Origin: Eledone cirrhosa | Taxonomy: Eukaryota | Assembly (NCBI GenBank): GCA_964016885.1 | Contig: OZ024746.1 | Location: 99,138,001-99,202,000 of the forward strand | Direction of reading: 5' to 3' | DNA length: 64,000 nt | Shown: positions 27,854 to 42,175 of the stretch, piece after piece | Layout: each line of letters opens with the position of its first letter | How positions within the stretch are numbered: position 1 is the first letter of the stretch | Notes under the pieces: model-generated | Database searches by the model: none | What the model was told of the DNA's origin: nothing | The model's input: the letters and a program-made list of their open reading frames with translations, nothing else | Made by a program: the position numbers and the translations under genes

Positions 27854-28154
27854 TTTGAATAAATAATGAATGAATATTACATAATTTATCTACTAAATTT
27901 CGTTATTCTTGATTAAATATGAATAATTTTGTCGCTTATTTTAAGACTCACTTCTTTAAAATTTTCTAATGTCAACACTTCCGGTTAGCGATCGCTTAAA
28001 TAAATAGTCATATATTTCCGTCAATGGATTACGTTACTGATTACATAAGACAGTGTAACGCAGTCTTCGTTCAATTTCTATGTATTGTATATTGTCAATT
28101 ACGATTTTATTTGATGTATCATCTAAATGTTTTTAATTAAACATACGGTATATG

Positions 28155-28712
28155 AGCCAGTGGGATCGAGCTGGTGGGGCTGAACCGAGGGGACGGCAAA
28201 AGGCCAGATGGCATGACCATCTTCCTGTTCCGCTGTGGTAAAACCCTCCTCTGGGATGCCACATGCAGCGACACATTCTCCAGCAACAACCTGGAGGGTA
28301 AACTTTCCAAGTATCGGTCGCTCTCCGGCTGGTTTGTAGTCGAGCCTGTAGCAGTGAAGACTTCTGGTGTCCTTGGCCCTAGGGCTACTTCCCTATTCAC
28401 CACCATAAGTGCTGAGCTGGCTAGCTGCAGGTATGAGCCGCGCGAGTTGGAATGGCTCTTCCAACGCATCTCCCTCACCATTCTCCGTGGAAACACCTTC
28501 TCCATTCTGTCCACCGGGGCCGTGGGGCGGCCAGCGCGTGGGACCTCATTTGCTCATAATAGAGAGAGATGGGGAGTCCGAGAGAGACGGAGGCGATGAC
28601 AGTAGGAGTTCGGCCCCTCTGAGTTTGGACCTGATGTACGTGTGAGAGATGGGGTGGGCGAGAGGGATGGAGGCGATGACAGTGGGAATCGGCTCCTCTG
28701 CGTTCGGACTTG
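28155..28712 (+). mobile_element. CRE-like LINE 3' end including restriction-like endonuclease motif
   Basis: GLNRGDGKRPDGMT...LLWDATCSDTF...KY...VAVKTSGVLG...LFQRISLTILRGN; terminal ~70 bp of 3' UTR duplicated. Confidence 0.88.
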
Positions 28713-29339
28713 GTGTACATGTGTGTGTATGTTTGCTTCTTTGTGTTTAGAAACTTGAACTGTCTTTTTTTTGTCAATCTTTAAATACTCTCTCCCTTAT
28801 AGTAATACGTACACTGCGGCCATGTTGTTCCTATCTGTCAAATATATGCTAACTATGGTGTAATGAATAATTCATTATACTTTATTTATCAACTTTGAAA
28901 GTATGAAAGGTAAAGATGACCCTGGCAAGATTTGAATTGTGAGGTCAGAGAGTGGGAACGAATTCCACAAAGAATGTTTCCCATATACTAACGATCCGAT
29001 AGGTTTTCAACCTTCAAATCGTATGGTTCTGTAAGGTAAACAGCCGGAATAATCCAGAGTGATTACAAAAACACTGCTTCGTTTCAATTACTTATAATAT
29101 GAGAACTTAAATGAATATTCTTACAATATTGGTGACTACAGATGTATAAACTAACACAGTTTCATGTGATATTGGTTGATATCATAGACACTCGATGTCT
29201 GCCCCTTTTGTTGCTTGGCAAATATAAATATCATAATCAACTTTGAGAGTTGTTGTGGTCACCCTGTATTATAAACACCCACGAATGGTTTAAAAATAAA
29301 AATAAAAATTGCCAGAAAGCTCAAACTATGACAGTCAAT

Positions 29340-29555
29340 AGTGGTTTCTGATTTACACAGAAGGCTAACATTTTTGAGTAGGAAAAGTCGATTAAATCGA
29401 CCCCAGTGCATTACTGGTACTTTATTTTATGGACGTCGTAAGGATGAAGGGCAAGGCTAAACTTGTCGCGATTTGAACTCTGAACGCAAATGGCCGTAAC
29501 TCTACGCAGCTAAGCATGTTGTACGACGCTCTAATGGTACTGCCAATCCACCACC
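29340..29555 (-). mobile_element. tRNA-SINE (main family), diverged
   Basis: Reverse-complement consensus. Confidence 0.75.
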
Positions 29556-29731
29556 TTTTATGGCAGTCAATAATAAACCTGCAAAGTAAGCAGTTCAAGT
29601 TGGCAAGTCAATAAATAACAAGAAATAAACAAATGTTTATACTCAATAGAGGTTTCACTGAGAAAGTGGGCTTAAAAAGCATTGATAATTACATAAATAT
29701 TGAAAAGAAGGATAAAAGAAATTTAAGTAAT

Positions 29732-32700
29732 GAGAAAAAGGGGAAGGGGTAAAGAAGGGCAGATTTGGCTATGAGAGAAAAAGGAAGGGGTAAAGAAGGG
29801 CAGATTTGGCTATGAGAGAAAGGGGAAGGGGTAAAGAAGGGCAGATTTGGCTATGAGAGAAAAAGGAAGGGGTAAAGAAGGACAGATCTGGCTATGAGAG
29901 AAAGGGGAAGGGGTAAAGAAGGGCAGATTTGGCTATGAGAAAAAGGGGAAGGGGTAAAGAAGGGCAGATTTGGCTATGAGAGAAAGGGGAAGGGGTAAAG
30001 AAGGACAGATCTGGCTATGAGAGAAAGAGGAAGGGGTAAAGAAGGACAGATCTGGCTATGAGAGAAAGGGGAAGGGGTAAAGAAGGGCAGATTTGGCTAT
30101 GAGAAAAAGGGGAAGGGTTAAAGAAGGACAGATCTGGCTATGAGAGAAAGGGGTAGGGGTAACGAAGGGCAGATTTGGCTATGAGAGAAAGGGGAAGGGG
30201 TAAAGAAGGACAGATCTGGCTATGAGAGAAAGAGGAAGGGGTAAAGAAGGGCAGATTTGGCTATGAGAGAAAGGGGAAGGGGGTAAAGAAGGGCAGATTT
30301 GGCTATGAGAAAAAGGGGAAGGGGTAAAGAAGGACAGATTTGGCTATGAGAGAAAGAGAAAGGGGTAAAGAAGGACAGATCTGGCTGTGAGAGAAAGGGG
30401 AAGGGGGTAAAAAAGGGCAGATTTGGCTATGAGAAAAAGGGGAAGGGGTAAAGAAGGACAGATTTGGCTATGAGAGAAAGGGGAAGGGGTAAAGAAGGGC
30501 AGATTTGGCTATGAGAGAAAGAGAAAGGGGTAAAGAAGGGCAGATTTGGCTATGAGAGAAAGGGGAAGGGGTAAAGAAGGGCAGATTTGGCTATGAGAGA
30601 AAGAGAAAGGGGTAAAGAAGGGTAGATTTGGCTATGAGAGAAAGGGGAAGGGGTAAAGAAGGACAGATCTGGCTATGAGAGAAAGAGGAAGGGGTAAAGA
30701 AGGACAGATCTGGCTATCAGAGAAAGGGGAAGGGGGTAAAAAAGGGCAGATTTGGCTATGAGAAAAAGGGGAAGGGGTAAAGAAGGGCAGATTTGGCTAT
30801 CAGAGAAAGGGGAAGGGGGTAAAAAAGGGCAGATTTGGCTATGAGAAAAAGGGGAAGGGGTAAAGAAGGGCAGATTTGGCTATGAGAAAAAGGGGAAGGG
30901 GTAAAAAAGGGCAGATTTGGCTATGAGAGAAAGGGGAAGGGGTAATGAAGGGCAGATTTGGCTATGAGAGAAAGGGGAAGGGGTATAGAAGGGAAGATTT
31001 GGCTATGAGAGAAAGGGGAAGGGGCAAAGAAGGACAGATCTGGCTATGAGAGAAAGAGGAAGGGGTAAAGAAGGACAGATCTGGCTATGAGAGAAAGAGG
31101 AAGGGGTAAAGAAGGAGAGATCTGGCTATGAGAGAAAGAGGAAGGGGTAAAGAAGGACAGATCTGGCTATGAGAGAAAGGGGAAGGGGGTAAAAAAGGGC
31201 AGATTTGGCTATGAGAAAAAGAGGAAGGGGTAAAGAAGGACAGATCTGGCTATGAGAGAAAGGGGAAGGGGTAAAGAAGGACAGATCTGGCTATGAGAAA
31301 AAGAGGAAGGGGTAAAGAAGGACAGATCTGGCTATGAGAGAAAGAGGAAGGGGTAAAGAAGGAGAGATCTGGCTATGAGAGAAAGAGGAAGGGGTAGAGA
31401 AGAGCAGATTTGGCTATGAGAAAAAGGGGAAGGGGTAAAAAAGGGCAGATTTGGCTATGAGAGAAAGGGGAAGGGGTAAAGAAGGGCAGATTTGGCTATG
31501 AGAGAAAGGGGAAGGGGTAAAGAAGGGCAGATTTGGCTATGAGAAAAAGGGGAAGGGGTAAAGAAGGGCAGATTTGGCTATGAGAAAAAGGGGAAGGGGT
31601 AAAAAAGGGCAGATTTGGCTATGAGAGAAAGGGGAAGGGGTAAAGAAGGGCAGATTTGGCTATGAGAGAAAGGGGAAGGGGTAAAGAAGGGCAGATTTGG
31701 CTATGAGAGAAAGGGGAAGGGGTAAAGAAGGGCAGATCTGGCTATGAGAGAAAGAGGAAGGGGTAAAGAAGGAGAGATCTGGCTATGAGAGAAAGAGGAA
31801 GGGGTAAAGAAGGACAGATCTGGCTATGAGAGAAAGAGGAAGGGGTAAAGATGGACAGATCTGGCTATGAGAGAAAGAGGAAGGGGTAAAGAAGGAGAGA
31901 TCTGGCTATGAGAGAAAGGGGAAGGGGTAAAGAAGGACAGATCTGGCTATGAGAAAAAGAGGAAGGGGTAAAAAAGGACAGATCTGGCTATGAGAGAAAG
32001 AGGAAGGGGTAAAGAAGGAGAGATCTGGCTATGAGAGAAAGAGGAAGGGGTAAAGAAGGACAGATCTGGCTATGAGAGAAAGGGGAAGGGGTAAAGAAGG
32101 GCAGATCTGGCTATGAGGGAAAGGGGAAGGGGTAAAGAAGGGCAGATTTGGCTATGAGAAAAGGGGGAAGGGGTAAAGAAGGGCAGATTTGGCTATGAGA
32201 GAAAGAGGATGGGGTAAAGAAGGAGAGATCTGGCTATGAGAGAAAGAGGAAGGGGTAAAGAAGGACAGATCTGGCTATGAGAGAAAGGGGAAGGGGTAAA
32301 GAAGGACAGATCTGGCTATGAGAGAAAGAGGAAGGGGTAAAGAAGGACAGATCTGGCTATGAGAGAAAGAGGAAGGGGTAAAGAAGGAGAGATCTGGCTA
32401 TGAGAGAAAGGGGAAGGGGTAAAGAAGGGCAGATCTGGCTATGAGAGAAAGAGGAAGGGGTAAAGAAGGAGAGATCTGGCTATGAGAGAAAGAGGAAGGG
32501 GTAAAGAAGGACAGATCTGGCTATGAGAGAAAGGGGAAGGGGTAAAGAAGGACAGATCTGGCTATGAGAAAAAGAGGAAGGGGTAAAAAAGGACAGATCT
32601 GGCTATGAGAGAAAGAGGAAGGGGTAAAGAAGGAGAGATCTGGCTATGAGAGAAAGAGGAAGGGGTAAGAAGGACAGATCTGGCTATGAGAGAAAGGGGA

Positions 32701-33423
32701 AGGGGTAAAGAAGGGCAGATCTGGCTATGAGGGAAAGGGGAAGGGGTAAAGAAGGGCAGATTTGGCTATGAGAAAAGGGGGAAGGGGTAAAGAAGGGCAG
32801 ATTTGGCTATGAGAGAAAGAGGAAGGGGTAAAGAAGGAGAGATCTGGCTATGAGAGAAAGAGGAAGGGGTAAAGAAGGACAGATCTGGCTATGAGAGAAA
32901 GGGAAGGGGTAAAGAAGGACAGATCTGGCTATGAGAGAAAGAGGAAGGGGTAAAGAAGGAGAGATCTGGCTATGAGAGAAAGGGGAAGGGGTAAAGAAGG
33001 GCAGATCTGGCTATGAGAAAAAGAGGAAGGGGTAAAAAAGGACAGATCTGGCTATGAGAGAAAGGGGAAGGGGTAAAGAAGGACAGATCTGGCTATGAGA
33101 AAAAGAGGAAGGGGTAAAAAAGGACAGATCTGGCTATGAGAAAAAGAGGAAGGGGTAAAAAAGGACAGATCTGGCTATGAGAAAAAGAGGAAGGGGTAAA
33201 AAAGGACAGATCTGGCTATGAGAGAAAGAGGAAGGGGTAAAGAAGGAGAGATCTGGCTATGAGAGAAAGAGGAAGGGGTAAAGAAGGACAGATCTGGCTA
33301 TGAGAGAAAGGGGAAGGGGTAAAGAAGGGCAGATCTGGCTATGAGGGAAAGGGGAAGGGGTAAAGAAGGGCAGATTTGGCTATGAGAAAAGGGGGAAGGG
33401 GTAAAGAAGGGCAGATTTGGCTG
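29732..33423. repeat. 41-bp purine-rich minisatellite, ~90 copies
   Basis: Unit gagagaaaggggaaggggtaaagaagggcagatttggctat; period 41 (29761 to 29802). Confidence 0.98.
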
Positions 33424-33687
33424 TATGGGAAAGTAGAGAAAAGGACTAATGCAAAAGGAGTTTGCGAAGATGCTCAATAAAAACTAAAAATATCAAATTA
33501 CCGAAGAGGTTGTGGCAATGTCTAGTTATATAGGAATGAAATATTTAGCTTTGTATTGAAAATATCCGTATATTTTACTTCTTGCACTATCAAATAATCA
33601 TGTTGTGCATAAACAACCGCGAAAACCTGATAAAACGCTTACAAAGGACGCTGATCGCTCACACACACACACTCTCTCTCTCCTCCC

Positions 33688-33776
<89 letters not shown>

Positions 33777-33838
33777 TGTATATCTTTGTTAGGATTCAGT
33801 GACCCAATCGTCTCCTCAACCTTTAATTTCTCATTCTA

Positions 33839-33874
33839 TTTTCTGATGAAAGATTAGTGTCCGAAACGTTAAGA
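33839..33874 (+). ncRNA. Hammerhead ribozyme, family B (weakened stem II)
   Basis: CTGATGA-aagattagtgtcc-GAAACGTT-aaga; downstream tail resembles 58410-58497 and ends at (CA)n. Confidence 0.6.
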
Positions 33875-33997
33875 CACTTTTCCTACTATATCAAGCGTAA
33901 AACTAATAATATATTTCTTCATTGTAATGTGTTGTTTCCTTTGTTATTTCTGTTTATCTTTTGCATACACACACACACAGACACACTCAGACACACA

Positions 33998-34106
<109 letters not shown>

Positions 34107-34248
34107 TCACTCACTTACAACTAATCCTTGAAATTACAAAATGTTATAAACAATTGATTCTAGAACTTACGTTAATGACCTTCAGAGGGCCAATATCCTC
34201 TTCTTGTCCACTTATCTAATTATCGACAAGTCCATCACCTTAGGTCAC

Positions 34249-34337
34249 GCCCCCGATGAGATGGCTTATTTACAACAAGGAGTCATATTCTCATTCTAGA
34301 ATTTGCTATCGAAACGGCAAGAGATCAGCTGTGGGGC
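34249..34337 (+). ncRNA. Degenerate hammerhead, family D
   Basis: gccc-CCGATGA-gatggc...gctatc-GAA-ACGGC..GCTGT-g-gggc; cleavage nucleotide is G, likely inactive. Confidence 0.5.
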
Positions 34338-34502
34338 ACCAACCCGACTACCTAATATATTTACACTCTACTATCCCAAATATCGAGAACAAATAAAGGT
34401 CTTACTTGCTTAAGTATTGGAGTGGTGAAGAATCTCTGGTTGGGTTGAATAATTGTCAACCGAATCAGACTGTATGTTTTTGCTGTACAAACTCGAGTTA
34501 TT

Positions 34503-34815
<313 letters not shown>

Positions 34816-35207
34816 TAGTTGCCATATGTGCGTTGGAGAGGTCAGATGCACACGCACCAGTAACTTGAGATAACACAGCAAAAGTATACAGTATGTGTGT
34901 GCTGACAAGAGAATCATTGCCATGATGAAAAACATTCCAGACCATCTGTCATCTTGGAACATAGCCGTTGGTAACCTACTTCTGTTACTCTGGCAGTTAT
35001 TTCACGTCTCAGAGATAGGTGTGTGGACCATGTTATTGTTAGTATTTCAATAACATCGACTTGAATAGATAGAACTATAGCAAGGCATAGCTACTCCAAA
35101 ATCCTTGAGTGAGGTACAGAATCAAACGACCTCTTAGGTACTCGATAGCCTAGACAAACTACTGATGCAATATTCATTACAACTTGTTCAACAATCATTA
35201 TATTTCG

Positions 35208-35388
35208 TTGGCAGTATCGGTAGTGGGTCAGACGCCATGCTTTGACGCATAGAGTTACGGCCCTTGCCATTCTGAGTTCAAATCCCGCCGAGGTTAATTT
35301 TGTCTTTCAACCTTACGGGGTCGATAAAATAAAGTACCAGTAATGCACTGGGTAATTGCTAGCCTTGTGCCAAAAGTAGAAACAATTG
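35208..35388 (+). mobile_element. tRNA-SINE (main family)
   Basis: Consensus match. Confidence 0.85.
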
Positions 35389-35892
35389 TATTTCATAGTG
35401 GTCTTTGAGAAACATTCAAGTGAATTGTCTCCAGTTTATACATAACATTTAAAAGCAGGTTATGGGCTTGTAGTTATTTTAATCCCTTATGGGTTCTCTT
35501 TGATTTTCATTCTTTCAAGGTCGATAAAAAAGTACAAATCAAGTACTGGGGCGATTCTTTCTCTGTATCTCTTTCTCACCTCTTTCTCTCAGTTCTTTCA
35601 ATCCTTCTCTGGAAGAAATCTGCTGCATTCAAACCTGGAGATGGATGGGATCTGCCAGGTTTAAAATTCCCAAGAAACGCCGTTTACGGTACCCCTACGA
35701 CTATAAAAGGAGTTACGGGAGTACCACATTACACACGAGTTGAACCTTCGTAAGACTATTCATTCTTGTGTGTAATGAACACTACGTGTACCCTAAAAGT
35801 TTTGGCATTAATGTAAGCCTGGAAAACAACATTAAAAATAACTTTGAATAAATGTAACGAAGCACTTTTTAGAAAAAGATTATTCAAGCATG

Positions 35893-36535
<643 letters not shown>

Positions 36536-36949
36536 CGGGATGTTGTTTATTGTTTTGTGATGTTATAGCCGATGTTTTACGTGTATTGTTATGTGTTGGA
36601 AGGAGTTTCTACAACCGTTTTGCGTTAAGCTTTTTTTATATGTTGTTCAATATTAGAGGCAGTTGAATATCTCTGAAGAAGTGACAACTGATTATACATT
36701 TACTATCGAATACTTGCTAACATTATATGATTACGCAAGCAGCGATACATAGGTATTCCGTCTGTTACAGAAGCATATGTCAATACATAATAAATTCCTT
36801 TATAAAAGCACTTTCATTTTATATTTATCTTTTCTACATTTTCTCCGGAATATAATTTATACTCGTTGAGCTAACCTGCACGTACGCTGTTCATCTCTAA
36901 CGTGACGATATATTATCACTACATTATTGATAACTTGAAATTTTATATA

Positions 36950-37063
<114 letters not shown>

Positions 37064-37068
37064 ATATA

Positions 37069-37113
<45 letters not shown>

Positions 37114-37135
37114 ATATATATATGTATATATATGT

Positions 37136-37218
<83 letters not shown>

Positions 37219-37368
37219 ATATGTATATATATATGTATATATATATGTATATATATGTGTATATATATTATATGTGTATATATATTTGTATATATATATG
37301 TATATATATATGTGTATATATATATGTATATATATATGTATGTATATATGTATATATATATGTATATA

Positions 37369-37411
<43 letters not shown>

Positions 37412-37919
37412 CAAAGTGTTAAAACGATCAAATTTTAGTTTAGAACATTTATTAGCTGACAATTGTTTCTTCCAGAGGGAAGTCTGGAATCATCGGAGCA
37501 TAAGGAATGTCGAAAATGTGTAACTAGAACCCTTGTCATTTAGAACATTTAGGGTACATAGTTGTTATTAGTGTCAAAGGCATCATGTGGAGATTCGGGA
37601 GTTAAAAAGATGTTCTGCTTGAAATAACACAATTACAGGCAGCACTGGTTGGAAGTGTAATAGGTATAAGTAAAACCAAAAAACACAAGCAAAAAAAAAC
37701 ACAAGGAAAGAAGTTATAGGCAAGGATAATTGGTGTACAATGCAGGAGTCAATACAGTCAATAAGGCATGTATGAGGAAAGGGTTATAATGCAGTTGAAA
37801 TAAACATATTTTGTGTGGGGTGTTAAAGTAAGTTATATTTGTTATACTGGTAACCGGATAGAACTTAGTACTACATATTTATAGTTATATCAAACATATA
37901 TAAATATAGATTTAAATAT

Positions 37920-37966
<47 letters not shown>

Positions 37967-38150
37967 AAATACAACTGGCTAGTACTTAGTACTACCCTCC
38001 ATATTTATAATTATATCATAAACCATATATATGTACATATATATATATAGATATATATATGTATATATATATATGTATATATATATGTATATATATATAT
38101 GTATATATATGAATATATATATATATGTATGTATATATATGTATATATAT

Positions 38151-39143
38151 ATATAAAATCAAGGTCTAGCAAATAGAGAAAAAGTTTTTAAATAAATAAA
38201 AAAAAATTCGCTGTACTTACTATATGTGTCTTTACCGCGGTTTCATGTTCCAGAATAAACGGAAAATCCAAGCGAATTTTCATTGAGAAGGGAGCAATCT
38301 TCAGAAGGCTCTCCTCCTTCGGAGAATATAAAATTCCCGAGTTCAAATCGCAAACTGACGCCATACAAAACCATTCCCACATGAGAGCGGATGATAAAAG
38401 AAATAATTCTGTCTGGTGCCGTGTGCAAAGACAAAAGGCAGGGTGGACAGGTCTATAGCGGGAATACTGGGTTGCATGAATGTAACAAGGAATACATTGT
38501 TTGTGTAGATATATATTTAATTAACAATGGTAGATAGTATAGTTGACATGTCAAAGAAATAGATGATAGAATGAAACAAAGTGAGTAGTTACCGTTTTGA
38601 TTGCCAGGCAAACGCGACTGGCAGAGGACGCCTGGCTAAGGCCAGGCGCCTGTTGGCCAAATGACAGGCAGAGCCAAATGAGAGGCTCTTGACCTGGTGC
38701 CGAAAAGGCAGTGAGAGAGTGAGTGCTTAAAGTTGTTAGTTTTATAGGGTTCTGACCGGAAGTTGCAGAAAGGGTTCTACTTCCCGTCTAGATCCAAACA
38801 AGGGAGACAACCGCTACAGGTCAATGTCCTGCCACTAGAAATAGCAGCAGTCCAAACGGCCAAACTTTTATCTCTACCTTAGGGGAGATCAATAATAATA
38901 ATTGTTTCTACTTTTTGGCACAAGGCCAGCAAATACCCAGTGTATTACTGGTACAATAATAATAATAAAGTATGAATTCCTACGTGTAAAAAATACATAT
39001 AGGGAAACAAGTATTATCCAACCGTATGCCAATGTGGTTCTATGGCGGGTTAATAAATTAACAAGCCAGAACATATAAAATCAAGGTCTAGCAAATAGAG
39101 AAAAAGTTTTAAAATAAATAAAAAAAAATTCGCTGTACTTACT
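38151..39143 (-). mobile_element. Non-coding element with ~70-bp terminal direct repeats and an HHR, bounded by (TA)n
   Basis: Repeats 38151-38221 and 39073-39143; SINE tail inserted at ~38898-38953. Confidence 0.7.
38230..38307 (-). ncRNA. Type-I hammerhead ribozyme
   Basis: ctt-CTGAAGA-ttgctcc...ggaacat-GAA-ACCGCGGT-A-aag; palindromic stem III, GUA triplet. Confidence 0.65.
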
Positions 39144-39174
39144 GTATATATGTATATATATATATTTAAATATA

Positions 39175-39293
<119 letters not shown>

Positions 39294-39329
39294 TATGTGT
39301 GTGTGTGTGTGTGTGTGTTGTGTGTATGT

Positions 39330-39376
<47 letters not shown>

Positions 39377-39547
39377 TATGTGTGTGTGTGTGTGTGTGTG
39401 TATGGGTATGTGGGTGCGTTTCTCTGTTTCTCAGTTTTGGGCTTATTTTGATCGGCCTCTTTATAAATATGTATGAGAGAGAGAGAGAAAAACAGAAGAA
39501 AGGGGGAAAGAGGCAGAGTGATATGGCAGAGAGAGAGAGAGATAGAA

Positions 39548-39580
<33 letters not shown>

Positions 39581-39595
39581 GAAAGAGAGAGAGAG

Positions 39596-39691
<96 letters not shown>

Positions 39692-40126
39692 GTGGGTGTG
39701 AAAAAATGAGAATGTTTCTAAGCTATGATACGTTCCATTTCAGTCATACAATGTTTTATTGCACTTGTTGACATTGCTGGCTTCTCCGTCTGTAGATTGA
39801 AACTGAAGTTAACTTCCTGTTTACAAGGCCTAAAATTGAAATATAGGAAAGCGAGAACTAAAAGTAACTTCTCAACAATTGCAACGATATCCTAAACAGC
39901 ATTACGATGGGAGCCTATGAGTTGGCAAGTTCCTGATGTAAACGATATGTGTAGAAAGGAAAGTCTGACAGGATATATTGGTAAGGATATACCCCCGCAA
40001 AATTTGCGAAATAAACAAGTTGAAACAAGGAAACTTATGGAGAGTTTGAATGCATTAATCCAGAATAAAAGTTGTATGATTTGTGATTTCACAAACTTGA
40101 AACAATAGATTGAGAACATAATATTA

Positions 40127-40345
40127 ATTGTTTCTTATATAGGCACAAGGCCAGTAATTTGGGGAGAGGGGAAAGTCGATTAAATCGACCCCCCTGCATT
40201 ACTGGTACTTTATTTTATCGACCCCATAAGGATGAAAGGCAAAGTTAACCTCGGCGGGATTTGAGCTCAGATCATAAAGAGCCGTAACTCTATGCTGCAA
40301 AGCATGGCGTCCAACCTTCTACCGATACTGCCAATCCACCGCCCT
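40127..40345 (-). mobile_element. tRNA-SINE (main family)
   Basis: Full-length reverse complement. Confidence 0.9.
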
Positions 40346-40385
40346 ATATTGAGAAGATAATATTAATGTAATTCCATTAGATAAT

Positions 40386-41960
40386 GGAAGCAAGTGGCCT
40401 AGTGGTAAGGGTGTAGGACTTATCAAGTGACCTAGTGGTAAGGGTGTAGGACTTATCAAGTGACCTAGTGGTAAGGGTGTAGGACTTATCAAGTGACCTA
40501 GTGGTAAGGGTGTAGGACTTATCAAGTGACCTAGTGGTAAGGGTGTTGGACTTATCAAGTGGCCAAGTGGTAAGGGTGTAGGACTTATCAAGTGACCTAG
40601 TGGTAAGGGTGTAGGACTTATCAAGTGACCTAGTGGTAAGGGTGTAGGACTTATCAAGTGACCTAGTGGTAAGGGTGTAGGACTTATCAAGTGACCTAGT
40701 GGTAAGGGTGTTGGACTTATCAAGAGGCCTAGTGGTAAGGGTGTAGGACTTATCAAGTGACCTAGTGGTAAGGGTGTAGGACTTATCAAGTGACCTAGTG
40801 GTAAGGGTGTAGGACTTATCAAGTGACCTAGTGGTAAGGGTGTTGGACTTATCAAGTGGCCTAGTGGTAAGGGTGTTGGACTTATCAAGTGACCTAGTGG
40901 TAAGGGTGTTGGACTTATCAAGTGACCTAGTGGTAAGGGTGTTGGACTTATCAAGTGACCTAGTGGTAAGGGTGTAGGACTTATCAAGTGACCTAGTGGT
41001 AAGGGTGTAGGACTTATCAAGTGGCCTAGTGGTAAGGGTGTAGGACTTATCAAGTGGCCTAGTGGTAAGGGTGTTGGACTTATCAAGTGACCTAGTGGTA
41101 AGGGTGTTGGACTTATCAAGTGACCTAGTGGTAAGGGTGTTGGACTTATCAAGAGGCCTAGTGGTAAGGGTGTAGGACTTATCAAGTGACCTAGTGGTAA
41201 GGGTGTAGGACTTATCAAGTGACCTAGTGGTAAGGGTGTAGGACTTATCAAGTGACCTAGTGGTAAGGGTGTAGGACTTATCAAGTGACCTAGTGGTAAG
41301 GGTGTAGGACTTATCAAGTGGCCTAGTGGTAAGGGTGTAGGACTTATCAAGTGACCTAGTGGTAAGGGTGTTGGACTTATCAAGTGACCTAGTGGTAAGG
41401 GTGTTGGACTTATCAAGTGACCTAGTGGTAAGGGTGTTGGACTTATCAAGTGACCTAGTGGTAAGGGTGTTGGACTTATCAAGTGACCTAGTGGTAAGGG
41501 TGTAGGACTTATCAAGTGGCCTAGTGGTAAGGGTGTTGGACTTATCAAGAGGCCTAGTGGTAAGGGTGTTGGACTTATCAAGTGGCCTAGTGGTAAGGGT
41601 GTTGGATTTATCAAGTGGCCTAGTGGTAAGGGTGTTGGACTTATCAAGTGACCTAGTGGTAAGGGTGTTGGACTTATCAAGAGGCCTAGTGGTAAGGGTG
41701 TTGGACTTATGTCCGTAACGTTGTCGGTTCAATTCCTGGACTGGGTTGTGTTATGTTCTTGAGTAAAACACATCATTTTAAGTCGCTGTAGTTTACTCAA
41801 CTGAAAATGAGTACCAGCAATAACTGGGTGGTTTAGCCCTGTGATGGACTGGCGTCCTGTCCAGGGTACATCTTGTACTCTCAGTCACTGAACGCCACAG
41901 AAACTAGGATATGCTCCGTCCTGATGAACATCCGAACTTGAAACAGACTTTAGACTTAGA
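40386..41960 (+). mobile_element. V-domain-like tRNA-SINE with its 33-bp A-box segment amplified ~40x (40393-41709)
   Basis: Unit gtggcctagtggtaagggtgtaggacttatcaa; then B-box ggttcaattcc, gttcttgagtaaaacac and ccctgtgatggactggcgtcctgtccaggg. Confidence 0.88.
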
Positions 41961-42175
41961 ATATTAGTGTAAAGAAAACTACGAAGAGAGAGAAATTGTT
42001 TTTGCACGAATGAAAACAAATATGCTGAACTTAAAAACAGTAATTCTTAGGTTAATACTCACAAAGAGGACAAAAAACATAAATTGAATGCATTTGGAAA
42101 GAAGAGTTATATTTCAGATGGTAAATAAGAATTTGGAGAGAAGTGTAGTAAACTTATATCATATTAATAAAAAAT

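Noticed and set aside
39892-40119. Possible host exon in unique-looking sequence (also 50581-50775)
   Set aside because: No recognisable domain or supported splice sites; would need RNA-seq or a homology search
41681-41745. tRNA gene calls for SINE heads (also 57140-57212)
   Set aside because: A/B boxes present but no complete cloverleaf, and each continues into a SINE body
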